From Deltaproteobacteria bacterium (GTDB lineage Bacteria > Myxococcota_A > Polyangia > Fen-1088): 64,000 bases of DNA. The translations under genes were made by a program, and so were the position numbers. Of the stretch, positions 1 through 9,836 are shown one piece after another. Below the pieces are notes generated by a model, which did not search any database, had not been told where the DNA came from, and saw only the letters and a program-made list of their open reading frames with translations. Position 1 is the stretch's first letter. Every line of letters starts with the position of its first letter. The stretch is from the NCBI GenBank assembly GCA_033763315.1, contig JANRKS010000029.1:1-64000 (forward strand). The letters run 5' to 3'.

Positions 1-632
1 ACGGCGGGCTGAACCCACACTTGGTTTAGACTTTGGCCCTCGATGCGCCACAGCCCTTCATCGCCGCCGGCCCATACAACGCCTTGGGCATCGGTTTCCA
101 ACGCGTGCACGCGGGGAAGCGGCATGGAGACTTTCAATCGGGCTTCTGTGTGGGTGCCGTTTTCGTTAAGCTTCACCAACACAACGCCGGCATCGTCGCC
201 AATCCATACTTCATGTGGAACGGCCAACAAAACGTGCGGCACTTCCAATTGATCCACTGAGATGCGTCGCGTGTGATCACCAGTGATCTGCAGCAAGGCG
301 CCACCATCACCCACCGCCCACACGTTGCCTTTGGGATCCAAGGTTAGCGCGGCGACGGCCCCGGTCAGGCCTTCGGTTTGCCCCACAAACACGAAGCGGC
401 GCCCATCGTAGCGGCTTAGCCCCACGCTTGTGGCGACCCAAAGGTAATTCCGTGGACCTTGCACGAGGGCCCGCACGGGAGCCGCCGGCAACACGTTGCG
501 AAGGCGTTCCAGCAAGCCTGCTGCCGCATGCGCGGTTCTGGCATCACCAGTGGCGCACAGCAAAGCAGCCAGCGTCACAAGCCATCTGCGCCGCCCGCGA
601 ACCACTTGGGTCTGTTGCCCTCGCGTTGTCAC
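1..632 (-). CDS. Two-component-regulator beta-propeller (Reg_prop) sensor protein, N-terminal part; runs off the window start
   Basis: Manual translation from GTG at 632 gives a signal-like N-terminus, then propeller repeats VRALVQGPRNYLWVATSVGLSRYDG, LTLDPKGNVWA and LETDAQGVVWAGGDEGLWRI. Absent from the ORF track because it is open-ended. Confidence 0.75.
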   Translation of the reverse strand, partial: MTTRGQQTQVVRGRRRWLVTLAALLCATGDARTAHAAAGLLERLRNVLPAAPVRALVQGPRNYLWVATSVGLSRYDGRRFVFVGQTEGLTGAVAALTLDPKGNVWAVGDGGALLQITGDHTRRISVDQLEVPHVLLAVPHEVWIGDDAGVVLVKLNENGTHTEARLKVSMPLPRVHALETDAQGVVWAGGDEGLWRIEGQSLNQVWVQPA

Positions 633-652
633 CTGGGTGCAGGATACGATCT

Positions 653-2095
653 TCAGCGATCCAACAGCCAGGCTTTTAACGCAGCGACGGAGGCCGGCGT
701 TAGGCTTCCCGCACGGCGAGGTGGCATGACGTAGGGAGAATCGGCGGGCAACGTGAGTCGGCGCACGGCTTCAGCGGCAGAGTCTCGCGTGATACGATCG
801 ATTGCAAAACGGGCCCGCGCCGATCCCACAGGTGCCAAGGCGTTGTGGCAGCGTGAACACATTTGTTGGAGCAAGGCTTGAGGTTCAAGCGTGTCCTCGC
901 TGCGGCCGCCGACGGCCTGCTGAAACTCGTCGGAAAGCAAATTGGATAGGACGTCGAAAGCACCGTCGGACTTATGCGCTTGCACGAAGGCGGGGAAATC
1001 TTCTTGGGCCTCCACCGCGCGTGCTGGGTCTAGGCCATTAAAGGCAAAGAAGGGTACGGGTAGCCCTTGGTTGCGCATGGGCTTTCGATACGCCTGCCAC
1101 GTGGCGGTGGTGTCTTGGCAGCGGTATTCATCAAGCACATTGCGGGAGGGCATGATGTGTGGCTCTTGACCGCCAACATCGCTCTGCTTTCGGTCAACTT
1201 GAAAACGAAGCAGTGCGGAATGCAGATTGTGCCCTGAGGTGCTCTTGAGCTTATCGAGAGGCACACCGCCGTAGGTCTCGTCAGAGCTGTGTGCGTGCTC
1301 GAAGCGGACGCGCAAGTCGGGAGGGCTGTGCTTTGCGAAGGTCCCGTCGGGACAAGGCGTGGGCTCACCGATGTACGGCAGCCAATGAAACCACGGCTCG
1401 GGAAGATCACGCATCAGCAACCGCGTGGGTGTGCCTGCGCCACCGGGTTGGTGACAAGACGAACAATCAAGTGGCGTGTCTTGCAAGTCGGTGGCGTCGT
1501 AAAGCGTCCAGGCTCGCCAGTCACGCTCGATGGCGGGGGAGAGCAGATCGTGCGCTTTGCAACCGGTTACGTTGCAATCTTGGTCGAATACCAACAGATA
1601 GAAGTTCAGGCGATCCGCGGCGTGATCGTAGCCAACCAATTCAACTTGCTGTTCGCCGCGCGTGAAGGCCGTGATCGCTACGTTGTCTAACGTCTGCCCC
1701 GGAAGGTCGGAGAACGTTAGTGCAAATAGACGCGGATTAAGCGCCGACACCGTCCTAAACGACAGCCCCGAAGAGCTCGAACCCAAAGCGTACACAGATC
1801 GTTCGGGCGCGATGCCCAAGGTCAGGTACAGATCTGCAAGGCTTGTTATGGCAGGTGCAGCTTGCGTGCATAGCGCGCGAGCCACGGGATCATCTGCGCC
1901 GCGTTCGCAGACTCTCTGTCGTTGTGCAGAACCGGTCCCGATCCGTTCAAGCCAAAAGCGGTCAGGGTCGCTGGGCGCGGAGGGGCTCGTGGCGTCGGGT
2001 GGCGTGGAGGCGTCGGGCATAACTGCATCCGTACCGTCTCGTGTACACGAGACAACCGCCAACCATACGATCACAGCGCCGCAGGCTGATTTCAT
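653..2095 (-). CDS. Secreted lipoprotein with two CxxCH heme-c motifs, function unknown
   Basis: 480 aa; lipobox-like VVSC; CSSCH and CSRCH motifs; MPP after the second heme; GGAGG-free but GGGGA upstream. Confidence 0.75.
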   Translation of the reverse strand: MKSACGAVIVWLAVVSCTRDGTDAVMPDASTPPDATSPSAPSDPDRFWLERIGTGSAQRQRVCERGADDPVARALCTQAAPAITSLADLYLTLGIAPERSVYALGSSSSGLSFRTVSALNPRLFALTFSDLPGQTLDNVAITAFTRGEQQVELVGYDHAADRLNFYLLVFDQDCNVTGCKAHDLLSPAIERDWRAWTLYDATDLQDTPLDCSSCHQPGGAGTPTRLLMRDLPEPWFHWLPYIGEPTPCPDGTFAKHSPPDLRVRFEHAHSSDETYGGVPLDKLKSTSGHNLHSALLRFQVDRKQSDVGGQEPHIMPSRNVLDEYRCQDTTATWQAYRKPMRNQGLPVPFFAFNGLDPARAVEAQEDFPAFVQAHKSDGAFDVLSNLLSDEFQQAVGGRSEDTLEPQALLQQMCSRCHNALAPVGSARARFAIDRITRDSAAEAVRRLTLPADSPYVMPPRRAGSLTPASVAALKAWLLDR

Positions 2096-2167
2096 GAGAT
2101 CCCCAAAAGGAGGCGCGCTTCCTTTCAGAGCGCGCCCTGCCCGTGCGGTGCTTGGGACCGGATGGAT

Positions 2168-2851
2168 TTACTGCGGTACCTTTGTGTAGATGAGCCCGGT
2201 GGTTGGGCTAGAGCCGGAGTGGTGGCAGCCCTTGCATTCGCTGACGGTGGAAAGATCACCCAACACCGGCTCGTCCAAACTTGGCGTCTTGCTGCTCTGG
2301 ACGCAGCGGTCTTTGTCGCCGGCACAGTGGGCCAACCATGCGTTGGCTGCGTCGTCGCTGCCATCGCCAGTCTTCCAGATCGACACATACCCGATCGTTT
2401 GAGCGCCATCGTCAAACATCTCCTTTACAATGACGCTGCCCTTTTCATAAACGGCCGGGCTCTTCGTTTGGCCCGACTTAGCCTTCTCGTTGAACCAAAC
2501 GCGAACTCGACCGTGAGGGGAGATGCTCTTTTTGGGCCGGGGAGCGGCAACGTCCGCTTTCCACCCTTCCTTACGGAACTCGCCGGCCTCAAGGAATTTC
2601 TTCCATCCCGCGGCGTCCTGCGCGTCCGGCGTTTGTGCGCCTGGGCCACTGCTGCTGCCGCCTGAACCGCCGCTGTTGCCACCGGCGCTGCCGCCCTTAC
2701 CGCCTGAGCCGCTGCCGCCTTTGCCTCCGGAGCCGCCAGAATCGGAACCGCCACTGCCACCGCTGCCACCATCATCGCTGCTGGAACAGGCGGCAAGCAA
2801 ACCTAAGGAAAGGCCCAGGGCCAACACTGTGTTGCGTAAGGTAGAGGTCAT
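2168..2851 (-). CDS. Lipoprotein with Gly/Ser linker and cytochrome P460-family domain
   Basis: LAAC lipobox; GGS-rich linker; HGRVRVWFN...KGSVIVKEMF...IWK pattern; C-terminal CKGCH. Confidence 0.7.
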   Translation of the reverse strand: MTSTLRNTVLALGLSLGLLAACSSSDDGGSGGSGGSDSGGSGGKGGSGSGGKGGSAGGNSGGSGGSSSGPGAQTPDAQDAAGWKKFLEAGEFRKEGWKADVAAPRPKKSISPHGRVRVWFNEKAKSGQTKSPAVYEKGSVIVKEMFDDGAQTIGYVSIWKTGDGSDDAANAWLAHCAGDKDRCVQSSKTPSLDEPVLGDLSTVSECKGCHHSGSSPTTGLIYTKVPQ

Positions 2852-2946
2852 GGCCCGGAAGCATACAGGAAGCCCGGCGCGCTCGCATCTACCCCCAAAA
2901 ACCGGTTCTCGTGGTTGGTGGCCAAGCCCCGAGATACCATACAGGC

Positions 2947-3999
2947 ATGAGCCTTAGAGGTTTGAAGTCGCGTTTCGCATTTGCTGTGGCTTTGTGGGGC
3001 ACGTTGGCTGCGTTATGCACCACAGCCGGGGCGGCCGATCCCGGCGTTGGCATTCGTTACTTCACCAAGATGCCTGCGGGGACGGCGCCCTACGTTGAGT
3101 TCGAGGCCAAGGTGCCCATGACCTCGCTGCTGGTGCGCCTGCAGCGCGACGATGGTCAGGCGGTCAATCAAGGGTATGGCCCCTTGGGTCGTGGGGACCG
3201 TGTGACATTGAAGCTGGACGGAGCGCCTGGCCAGCACGCGTACAAGGGCGAGGTGATCGTGGGGCAGGGCCACGCCGACCAAAGCAGCGCCATTGCCTTT
3301 GAAACGCAGGTGACTGACAGCCTTGTGGTGATCGTGAACAAAGCCGACGTCGACCTTGTGGCGGGCCGCATGAAGGTGGCGGCCTCACGGCCCATCGCGC
3401 GCATTGATGTCACCGCTTTTCCTTCGCTTTCTGGCGCGGGTCAAAAGGTCAGCCAATCGGTGACGGGAAATCAAGCGAATGAACCCGTGAGCGTCGCGTT
3501 CCCCTCCTTGGGCGGCAACGTGGCGCGCCTTGATGTTGTGGTGACGGACACTCAGGGTTTTTACAGCGGCGTATCATTGATGCCGTGGTCGATCTTCATC
3601 CCGCACGAAGAAGTGATCTTCGAAAGCGATAAGAGCGACATTCGCCGTGAAGAACAGCCGAAGCTCGACGCCAGCGCAAAGCTGATCGCAGATGCTTTTG
3701 CCAAAGCGCGTGCCCTGGGGCCCGTACAACTTTTTATCGCTGGGCATACGGATACCGTTGGCAATGACGCCTATAATCTGAACCTTTCTTTGGCGCGCGC
3801 GCAGGCCATCGCCTCGTACCTGCGAAAGAAGGGCTTGCGGCTTCCGATCCTGTTCGAAGGGTTCGGCGAACGAGCGTTGCGTGTGGGCACGCCTGATGAA
3901 ACCGATGAACCTCGCAACCGACGCGTGGACTACGTCTTGGCGTTGGAGCCGCCAGCTTTTGGCAGCGGGATCGTCGCGCGTTGGAAGAAGCTGCGCTGA
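2947..3999 (+). CDS. OmpA-family (peptidoglycan-binding C-terminal domain) protein
   Basis: Signal peptide; C-terminal FESDKSDI...IAGHTDTVG..YNLNLSLARAQAI...GFGE...NRRVD. Confidence 0.9.
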   Translation: MSLRGLKSRFAFAVALWGTLAALCTTAGAADPGVGIRYFTKMPAGTAPYVEFEAKVPMTSLLVRLQRDDGQAVNQGYGPLGRGDRVTLKLDGAPGQHAYKGEVIVGQGHADQSSAIAFETQVTDSLVVIVNKADVDLVAGRMKVAASRPIARIDVTAFPSLSGAGQKVSQSVTGNQANEPVSVAFPSLGGNVARLDVVVTDTQGFYSGVSLMPWSIFIPHEEVIFESDKSDIRREEQPKLDASAKLIADAFAKARALGPVQLFIAGHTDTVGNDAYNLNLSLARAQAIASYLRKKGLRLPILFEGFGERALRVGTPDETDEPRNRRVDYVLALEPPAFGSGIVARWKKLR

Positions 4000-4010
4000 G
4001 GCCAGCCACG

Positions 4011-5000
4011 TCAAGGAGCGAGCGTCTGCACGCGGTCTAGATTCTCCCGTGGTCCAAGCATCACCAATGTGTCGCCAGGCATCAAACGCACTTCTGTGCG
4101 TGGGTTGTAAAGCGTTTGTCCGTCACGCTTTTTTACCACCACCACGATGATGCCCAGCTGGTCGTGCAGATGCGTTTCGCCAATGCTTTTGTTCGCCAGC
4201 GTGCTGCCTTCGGACAAGACCAACTCTTCGATCTGCAGCTCCAGGTGCCCCCGCCGCGTGGCCACTTCAATGAAGTCCAACACGGCCGGCCGCAGCACCG
4301 CCTGTGCCACGCGCGTGCCGCCAAGGAGGTAAGGCGAAACCACTTTGGTGGCGCCAGCGCGTTCAAGCTTGCGTGCGGCTGTTTCCTCATCGGCGCGCGC
4401 CACGATCGGCAGCTTCTCGTTCAAAAGTCGTGCGGACATGGTGATGAATAGATTGTCTGCGTCTGAGCTGAGAGCCGCGACAAAGGCGCGTGCACGAGCG
4501 ATGCCGGCACGTTTGAGGGTCTCGTCGCTGGTAGCATCGCCCACCAGTGCCACGCCTGCTTCGCCCAGATCTTCAAGTTCGTTCTCATCGCGGTCGATCA
4601 CGACGAAAGGAACACCCGCCTGGCTGAACTCTTGCGCCACCAAGCGACCCACACGCCCAAAGCCACAAACGATCACGTGTTTATCAAGGGCATCCAATTG
4701 CTTCTTCATGATTCGGCTCTCCCAAAGGCGCTTCAGTTCACCGGTGCTGTACGCGCGAAGCACTTCGGCCGTGGAATAGAAAATTGAGAACACGCCGCCC
4801 AACGCCAGCACCATCGTGAACGCGCGGCCCCCCATGCTCAGCGGGTGCACCTCGCCAAAGCCGATGGTGGTGAGCGTAATCACTGTCATGTAAAGGGCAT
4901 CAAACCACGGCCAGCCCTCGATCAGGCGCAGGCCACACGTGCCCACCGAAACGAGCAGGGCCGGGAGCAGTGAGATGATGAGCAGGCGTTGACGAGCCAA
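4011..5000 (-). CDS. 2-TM potassium channel with TrkA-N/TrkA-C (RCK) domains
   Basis: Selectivity filter TTIGFG; Rossmann VCGFGRVG; GDAT; C-terminal TrkA-C. Start (TTG 5000) uncertain. Confidence 0.9.
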   Translation of the reverse strand: MARQRLLIISLLPALLVSVGTCGLRLIEGWPWFDALYMTVITLTTIGFGEVHPLSMGGRAFTMVLALGGVFSIFYSTAEVLRAYSTGELKRLWESRIMKKQLDALDKHVIVCGFGRVGRLVAQEFSQAGVPFVVIDRDENELEDLGEAGVALVGDATSDETLKRAGIARARAFVAALSSDADNLFITMSARLLNEKLPIVARADEETAARKLERAGATKVVSPYLLGGTRVAQAVLRPAVLDFIEVATRRGHLELQIEELVLSEGSTLANKSIGETHLHDQLGIIVVVVKKRDGQTLYNPRTEVRLMPGDTLVMLGPRENLDRVQTLAP

Positions 5001-5058
5001 GACGCCGTCAGTGTCGCACGGAATGCCGCAGGCGAAAACTGCAAGGTTGAGGCGCGCG

Positions 5059-5982
5059 CTACGCCAAGCACGCCCTAAACCCGCGCAACAACTCCTCCTC
5101 GTCAAGCGCGAAGCCGATAATTACGAGTTGAGAGGCTCGCGGCTGCTCCCCCCACGCTTCGCCTTGTGACACTTCCAGACGGCTTTGCACGCCTTGCAAG
5201 ATGATGCGCGTGCCGATGCCCTCGATGGCAACCACGCCTTTGACACGCATCAATCGGCCCTCGAAGTTGGCTAGGTCGTTTTCGATCCAATCACCGAAGC
5301 GATCTTCGTCAAGCTCACCCTCAGCCTGAAGCGCCAGCGTTTGGATGCCTGCGTGGCCGCGGGAGGGCACAACGGCGCGCAGCACATCGGTGCGTCGCGC
5401 GTTGAGCAGAGTTGAGGGCCCATCGTATCCACGCACGAGCCCGCGATCGGCGCACGCGATCAATGCGGTGGGGTTGGCTTGCGCCACCAACAAGCTTTTC
5501 GCTTGTACGGCATCGACGCTTAAACGATCGGCGTTCGAGAGCACAACGATGTCCGCGTATCCCAATTGCTCCGCTGCGAGATCTGCGAACGCAGGTTCAT
5601 TCATGGGGCGCGCCGTGGCGTCCACAACAGTGACGATGCCGTCAAGCCACACATCTTGCGACGCATGTACGGCGCGCACGACGCCCGCAGGGGAAGCCGC
5701 GCCCGACGTTTCAACGAACACCCGTTGTGGTTGTTTCTCTGCGAGGATCGTCAGCGCTTTGACAAGCTCCGGGTACGTGCTGCAGCACACGCAGCCGCCC
5801 GTGATCTCCACCAGCGCCTCCACGCGGGCGCGCAACACGTCCCCATCCACGCCCACGGCACCCACTTCGTTGACGATCACCGCCACCTCACCGCGCCTAT
5901 ACGTGCGCAACCACTGGTCAAGCAACGTGGTTTTTCCCGCGCCTAGAAAGCCTGTGATCACCGTGACTGGGATGCCATCCAC
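5059..5982 (-). CDS. CobW/COG0523-family G3E GTPase (metallochaperone)
   Basis: GFLGAGKTT Walker A, NEVG, GGCVCC metal motif, ETSG, C-terminal CobW_C (RVKG...LVIIG). GTG start at 5982. Confidence 0.9.
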   Translation of the reverse strand: MDGIPVTVITGFLGAGKTTLLDQWLRTYRRGEVAVIVNEVGAVGVDGDVLRARVEALVEITGGCVCCSTYPELVKALTILAEKQPQRVFVETSGAASPAGVVRAVHASQDVWLDGIVTVVDATARPMNEPAFADLAAEQLGYADIVVLSNADRLSVDAVQAKSLLVAQANPTALIACADRGLVRGYDGPSTLLNARRTDVLRAVVPSRGHAGIQTLALQAEGELDEDRFGDWIENDLANFEGRLMRVKGVVAIEGIGTRIILQGVQSRLEVSQGEAWGEQPRASQLVIIGFALDEEELLRGFRACLA

Positions 5983-6067
5983 ACAGGCAGTGTACCTGAG
6001 CCCGTGCCGCGGGCGTGACGGTATCGCAATAGGGATTCCGGGCATCCCTTGCGCTATGCTAGCCCGA

Positions 6068-6898
6068 ATGACGAAGGCACAGGTGGGTGGGGCGATGAAA
6101 TTGAGCGGCGGCACTTCGATTCCCCAGGTGGGGTTGGGGGTGTGGAAGATCCCGCCAGGGGACGCCACGCGAAACGCAGTGTCTGCGGCCTTGGCAAGCG
6201 GCTATCGACACATCGACACGGCTGCGGCGTATGGCAACGAGGCCGATGTGGGCGCGGCCATTCGCGATAGCGGCATCCCGCGTGACGAGATCTTCGTAAC
6301 AACGAAGTTGTGGAACGCCGACCAGGGCTATGAGCCAGCCTTACGGGCCTTCGATGCCAGCGCCAAAAGGTTGGGACTCGACTACGTTGACTTATACCTC
6401 GTGCACTGGCCCGTGCCGGGCAAGCGGCTGGACTCATGGCGCGCGCTGGAGCAGATCGCCAAAGACGGCAGGACACGCGCCATCGGCGTCAGCAACTTCC
6501 TCACGGATCATCTGCAAGAGCTCTTGAAGGTTGCGGAGTTACCGCCGGCGGTGAACCAGATCGAGTTGCATCCTTTTCTCCAACGGCGCGACACCGTTGC
6601 TTTTTGCCACTCGCACAACATTTTGATCGAGGCGTACAGCCCGCTTACGCACGCCATTCGTTTGACCGATCCAGCGATCATTTCGATCGCGCAGGACGTG
6701 CGACGCACACCCGCGCAGGTGCTGCTGCGGTGGAGCTTGCAGCAGGGCAATGTTGTTTTGCCGAAGTCCACGAACCCCAAACGGATCGCTGAGAACATCG
6801 CGCTGTTCGACTTCAAGTTGGAGGACGACCAAGTGGCCAAGCTCACAGCTTTGGACGAAGCTTTCGCCACTTGTTGGGATCCGGCAGATGTGGAATAG
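6068..6898 (+). CDS. Aldo/keto reductase (2,5-DKG reductase-like)
   Basis: GLGVW, GYRHIDTAAAYGNE, TTKLW, DLYLVHWP, IGVSNF, NQIELHP, LPKS. The upstream extension in the ORF track is antisense to cobW. Confidence 0.95.
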   Translation: MTKAQVGGAMKLSGGTSIPQVGLGVWKIPPGDATRNAVSAALASGYRHIDTAAAYGNEADVGAAIRDSGIPRDEIFVTTKLWNADQGYEPALRAFDASAKRLGLDYVDLYLVHWPVPGKRLDSWRALEQIAKDGRTRAIGVSNFLTDHLQELLKVAELPPAVNQIELHPFLQRRDTVAFCHSHNILIEAYSPLTHAIRLTDPAIISIAQDVRRTPAQVLLRWSLQQGNVVLPKSTNPKRIAENIALFDFKLEDDQVAKLTALDEAFATCWDPADVE

Positions 6899-6913
6899 GT
6901 TACCGTCACCCAG

Positions 6914-9046
6914 ATGGAGTTTGCCGCACGCCGTGTCTCAAAAATCTGCTTCGCCGTTGCCCTGCTGAGCGTTCTAGCCGTTCGCAGGGGGCATGCCGCA
7001 ACTGTTGCCAATGCGAAGGTAAAGCTGACAGTTCCCGGCAAGGGTGGTGCGTTGTGGAATTATGCTTCCGATGGCGTGACCATCCCCGTCGCGGCACCCG
7101 TATTCATTATCGACGGCAAACGTGTCTCTGGCGCGGTCACGAAGCTCAAAGAGGTGGACCCTGCGCGCACTTTGGCCAACGGAAGCAACGAACGGCATTT
7201 CCGTGGCCAGCTTCAAGCAGACACTACCCTTGCACTCGACCTTGTGTTTCGCGTTTCGGAGCACTCACCCATCGTCCGATTCAGGTATCGGCTTTCGTCG
7301 ACGGATTCACACGCATTTGGCTCGCCGAGCGCGCAGGGGGTGGCTTCGTATTTTGGGGTATCGCTCGCCACGTATCCGCTGGCCAAGGAAGTTCGGCTCG
7401 CGGAGTTCGTAGATCTCTTTCACAGCTACATGCCACATGAGGAACCGCTTGAGGCGCGCCACTTTCAAGGCGGCGCCAAGCTCATCGGGCCGCTGTTGGT
7501 CGCATCAAGCGGCGCGCGTTCGATGGTGTTGGCCTACGAACACGGCTCCACCTCGGTGAACGCATTTTTGTCGTACGTGTTGGGCCCTGACCGTCGCGTA
7601 AGGCTGGAAGCTGTGAAGGCCAACCACAGTGGGCACGTGCTTGATGAAATGCATCCGTTTGAGTCGCTGTGGTTTGACATGGGCGCCGTGGCGGGGAACG
7701 AAGACGAAATGGCTGCCACGTTTCGCGAGTTCGTGCGGCGTGATCTGGCCGCCTCTGTGGAGTCGCGCAAGCCATACATTTTCTACAACACGTGGAATGT
7801 GCAAGAGCGCGAAAAACAGCGCGGCAAACCCACGTACATGACCACGATGAACACCGAGCGTATCCTCGCCGATATCGATGTGGCGGCGGCGATGGGCGTT
7901 GAAGTGTTTGTGATCGATACGGGTTGGTTCACCAACACCGGTGACTGGGAGGTGAACCTCAAGCGGTTTCCCGACGGCTTGGCCCGTGTACGCAAGCGTT
8001 TGGCTGAACGTGGAATGAAGTTCGGGTTGTGGTTCGATCCTGTGATGGCCGCGGCGGCTGGCAAATCCTATCCCGCCAATGCGAAATACCTGGCGCGACT
8101 GGTGGGCAAGGAACACAAGGCCAATGTGTGGGAAAGCGGCGATAGTTTTGGCATGTGCTTGGTCAGCGACTGGGCCGACGTTTTCGCCGATCGTCTGATT
8201 CAGGTGTCGCGCGAGTTGGGCGTGACGTATTTCAAGTTGGATGCTTTGCGCACCGATTGGTGTGATTTGCCAGGGCATCACCACGGCGACGAAACAGCGA
8301 CGGCAAAGGAACGCGCCGATCGCTACGCATACTTGTTGCCTGGCGTGTTGGCGCGCATGGCTGAGAAAGTTTCTGCCGCGGTTCCCGAAGCGATCGTGGA
8401 TCTGGATCTCACCGAGGACGGCCGCATCATGGGCCTGCAGTATCTTACGGCAGGCAAATACTTCTTGATCAACAACGGGCCGTACACTTACGACTATAAT
8501 CTTCCGCGCAGCCCACTGAACGTGAATTTGTTCTTCTATCCTGGGCCGGCGCGCGGCTGGATCGCGCGCGCTCCCCTTGGCTACGATCGGTGGCTGCCGT
8601 CAAGCCTGTTACTCACCCATTTTTTTCCGGACGATCCGATCATGTCGCAGATGAACAGCGTCGGCTCTTTGGTGTTGGGTGGCCACGGCATCTGGGGCGA
8701 TCTGCAGGAAGTGTCTCGTGAAGGCGTGGCGCGCATCGGCGATGTATTGAAACACTTCAAGCAGGTGCGCGACGATATGACCCGTGTCGCCTCCACTCGT
8801 ACGGGGGCGTTGGCCGGCAGCCCCGAGGTCTATGAAAAGGTGACAGCTGACACGGGCAAGGGCGCGGTGGTGATGTTCACAACCTCTGGCGGCGGCTTCG
8901 AATACATTACGCGCGCAAAGCCTGCAAAGAACTTCTGGACGAACGCGCCGGCCACAACCGTTAGCTTTGACAACCAAGGCCATGGTCACGTCAAAGCCAC
9001 TTTGCAGAAGAACGAAACCGCCATCGTCTTCTTCGGCGCCGAGTGA
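6914..9046 (+). CDS. Secreted GH36 (alpha-galactosidase/melibiase-like) glycoside hydrolase
   Basis: Signal peptide; YNTW, FVIDTGWF..TGDW...RFPDGL, GMKFGLWFDP, YFKLD. Confidence 0.85.
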   Translation: MEFAARRVSKICFAVALLSVLAVRRGHAATVANAKVKLTVPGKGGALWNYASDGVTIPVAAPVFIIDGKRVSGAVTKLKEVDPARTLANGSNERHFRGQLQADTTLALDLVFRVSEHSPIVRFRYRLSSTDSHAFGSPSAQGVASYFGVSLATYPLAKEVRLAEFVDLFHSYMPHEEPLEARHFQGGAKLIGPLLVASSGARSMVLAYEHGSTSVNAFLSYVLGPDRRVRLEAVKANHSGHVLDEMHPFESLWFDMGAVAGNEDEMAATFREFVRRDLAASVESRKPYIFYNTWNVQEREKQRGKPTYMTTMNTERILADIDVAAAMGVEVFVIDTGWFTNTGDWEVNLKRFPDGLARVRKRLAERGMKFGLWFDPVMAAAAGKSYPANAKYLARLVGKEHKANVWESGDSFGMCLVSDWADVFADRLIQVSRELGVTYFKLDALRTDWCDLPGHHHGDETATAKERADRYAYLLPGVLARMAEKVSAAVPEAIVDLDLTEDGRIMGLQYLTAGKYFLINNGPYTYDYNLPRSPLNVNLFFYPGPARGWIARAPLGYDRWLPSSLLLTHFFPDDPIMSQMNSVGSLVLGGHGIWGDLQEVSREGVARIGDVLKHFKQVRDDMTRVASTRTGALAGSPEVYEKVTADTGKGAVVMFTTSGGGFEYITRAKPAKNFWTNAPATTVSFDNQGHGHVKATLQKNETAIVFFGAE

Positions 9047-9053
9047 GCCGTCC

Positions 9054-9071
9054 GGGTGTGCCCACCCTTTT
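9054..9071 (+). terminator. Weak candidate intrinsic terminator after the GH36 gene
   Basis: GGGTG-TGCC-CACCC hairpin followed by TTTT; the stem is only 5 bp. Confidence 0.3.
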
Positions 9072-9104
9072 GCTTTCCCTCCGGGTGCGCTAGGACCTGG
9101 CGGC

Positions 9105-9830
9105 ATGAGCCTTGTTGACATCAGCCGGCGCTTGGCCAAAGCGGTGGACCGTCTTGCGTTCGCGCCACCTGTGACACACGTTTACAACCCGCTGGTTTAC
9201 GCCTGGGCGCCACACAAGGCTTACGTGGAACGGTTTGGGCGCGGCCCCAAGGAAGTTCTGTTCCTCGGTATGAACCCGGGCCCCTTCGGCATGGCGCAAA
9301 CGGGGGTTCCCTTCGGCGACATTCCGATGGTGCGCGATTTTGTGGGCGTGGGCACGGGTGCCGAACGCAAGGTGGGTCAACCCGCGAAGCTGCATCCCAA
9401 GCGCGCGATCACCGGTTTTGACTGCACCCGCCGCGAGGTCAGTGGCACGCGCTTTTGGGGTTGGGCCGCCCAACGGTTCACCACCGCGCCCCAGTTCTTT
9501 GAACGTTTTTTCGTGGTGAACTATTGCCCGTTGGTGTTCATGGATGAAGGCGGCCGCAACGTCACGCCGGATAAATTGCCCGCACACGAACGGGCGCCAC
9601 TGTTTGAGGCTTGCGACGAAGCCCTGCGCAAGATCGTGGTGGAATTGCAGCCGCAATGGGTGATCGGCGTGGGGGCGTTCGCGCAAAAGCGTGCCGAAGA
9701 AGCGCTCCAAGGCACGCGTGTGTCGGTGGGCACCATCTTGCACCCCAGCCCCGCCAGCCCCGCCGCGAACCGCGACTGGCAAGGTCAAATTGAAAAACAG
9801 CTCAAGGCTTTCGGTCTAAGGCTGCCCTGA
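9105..9830 (+). CDS. SMUG1-family uracil-DNA glycosylase
   Basis: VYNPL.YA, GMNPGPFGMAQTGVPFG, EVSG.RFW, NYCPL, HPSPASP. Confidence 0.92.
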   Translation: MSLVDISRRLAKAVDRLAFAPPVTHVYNPLVYAWAPHKAYVERFGRGPKEVLFLGMNPGPFGMAQTGVPFGDIPMVRDFVGVGTGAERKVGQPAKLHPKRAITGFDCTRREVSGTRFWGWAAQRFTTAPQFFERFFVVNYCPLVFMDEGGRNVTPDKLPAHERAPLFEACDEALRKIVVELQPQWVIGVGAFAQKRAEEALQGTRVSVGTILHPSPASPAANRDWQGQIEKQLKAFGLRLP

Positions 9831-9836
9831 CACGAG

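Noticed and set aside
2640-2780. GCC/CCG-rich quasi-repeat (also at 59830-60070)
   Set aside because: It encodes Gly/Ser/Ala linkers of lipoproteins. There is no constant repeat-spacer structure, so it is not CRISPR or a VNTR.
6024-6050. Possible Zur/Fur box or AGGGAT/ATCCCT inverted repeat upstream of cobW
   Set aside because: Poor match to the known boxes and only a 6-bp arm; could be chance.
5345-6168. Long overlapping extensions of the AKR (5345) and cobW (6168) ORFs, suggesting overlapping genes
   Set aside because: These are antisense open frames typical of GC-rich DNA. Family motifs begin at 6068 and 5982, each with its own -10-like hexamer.
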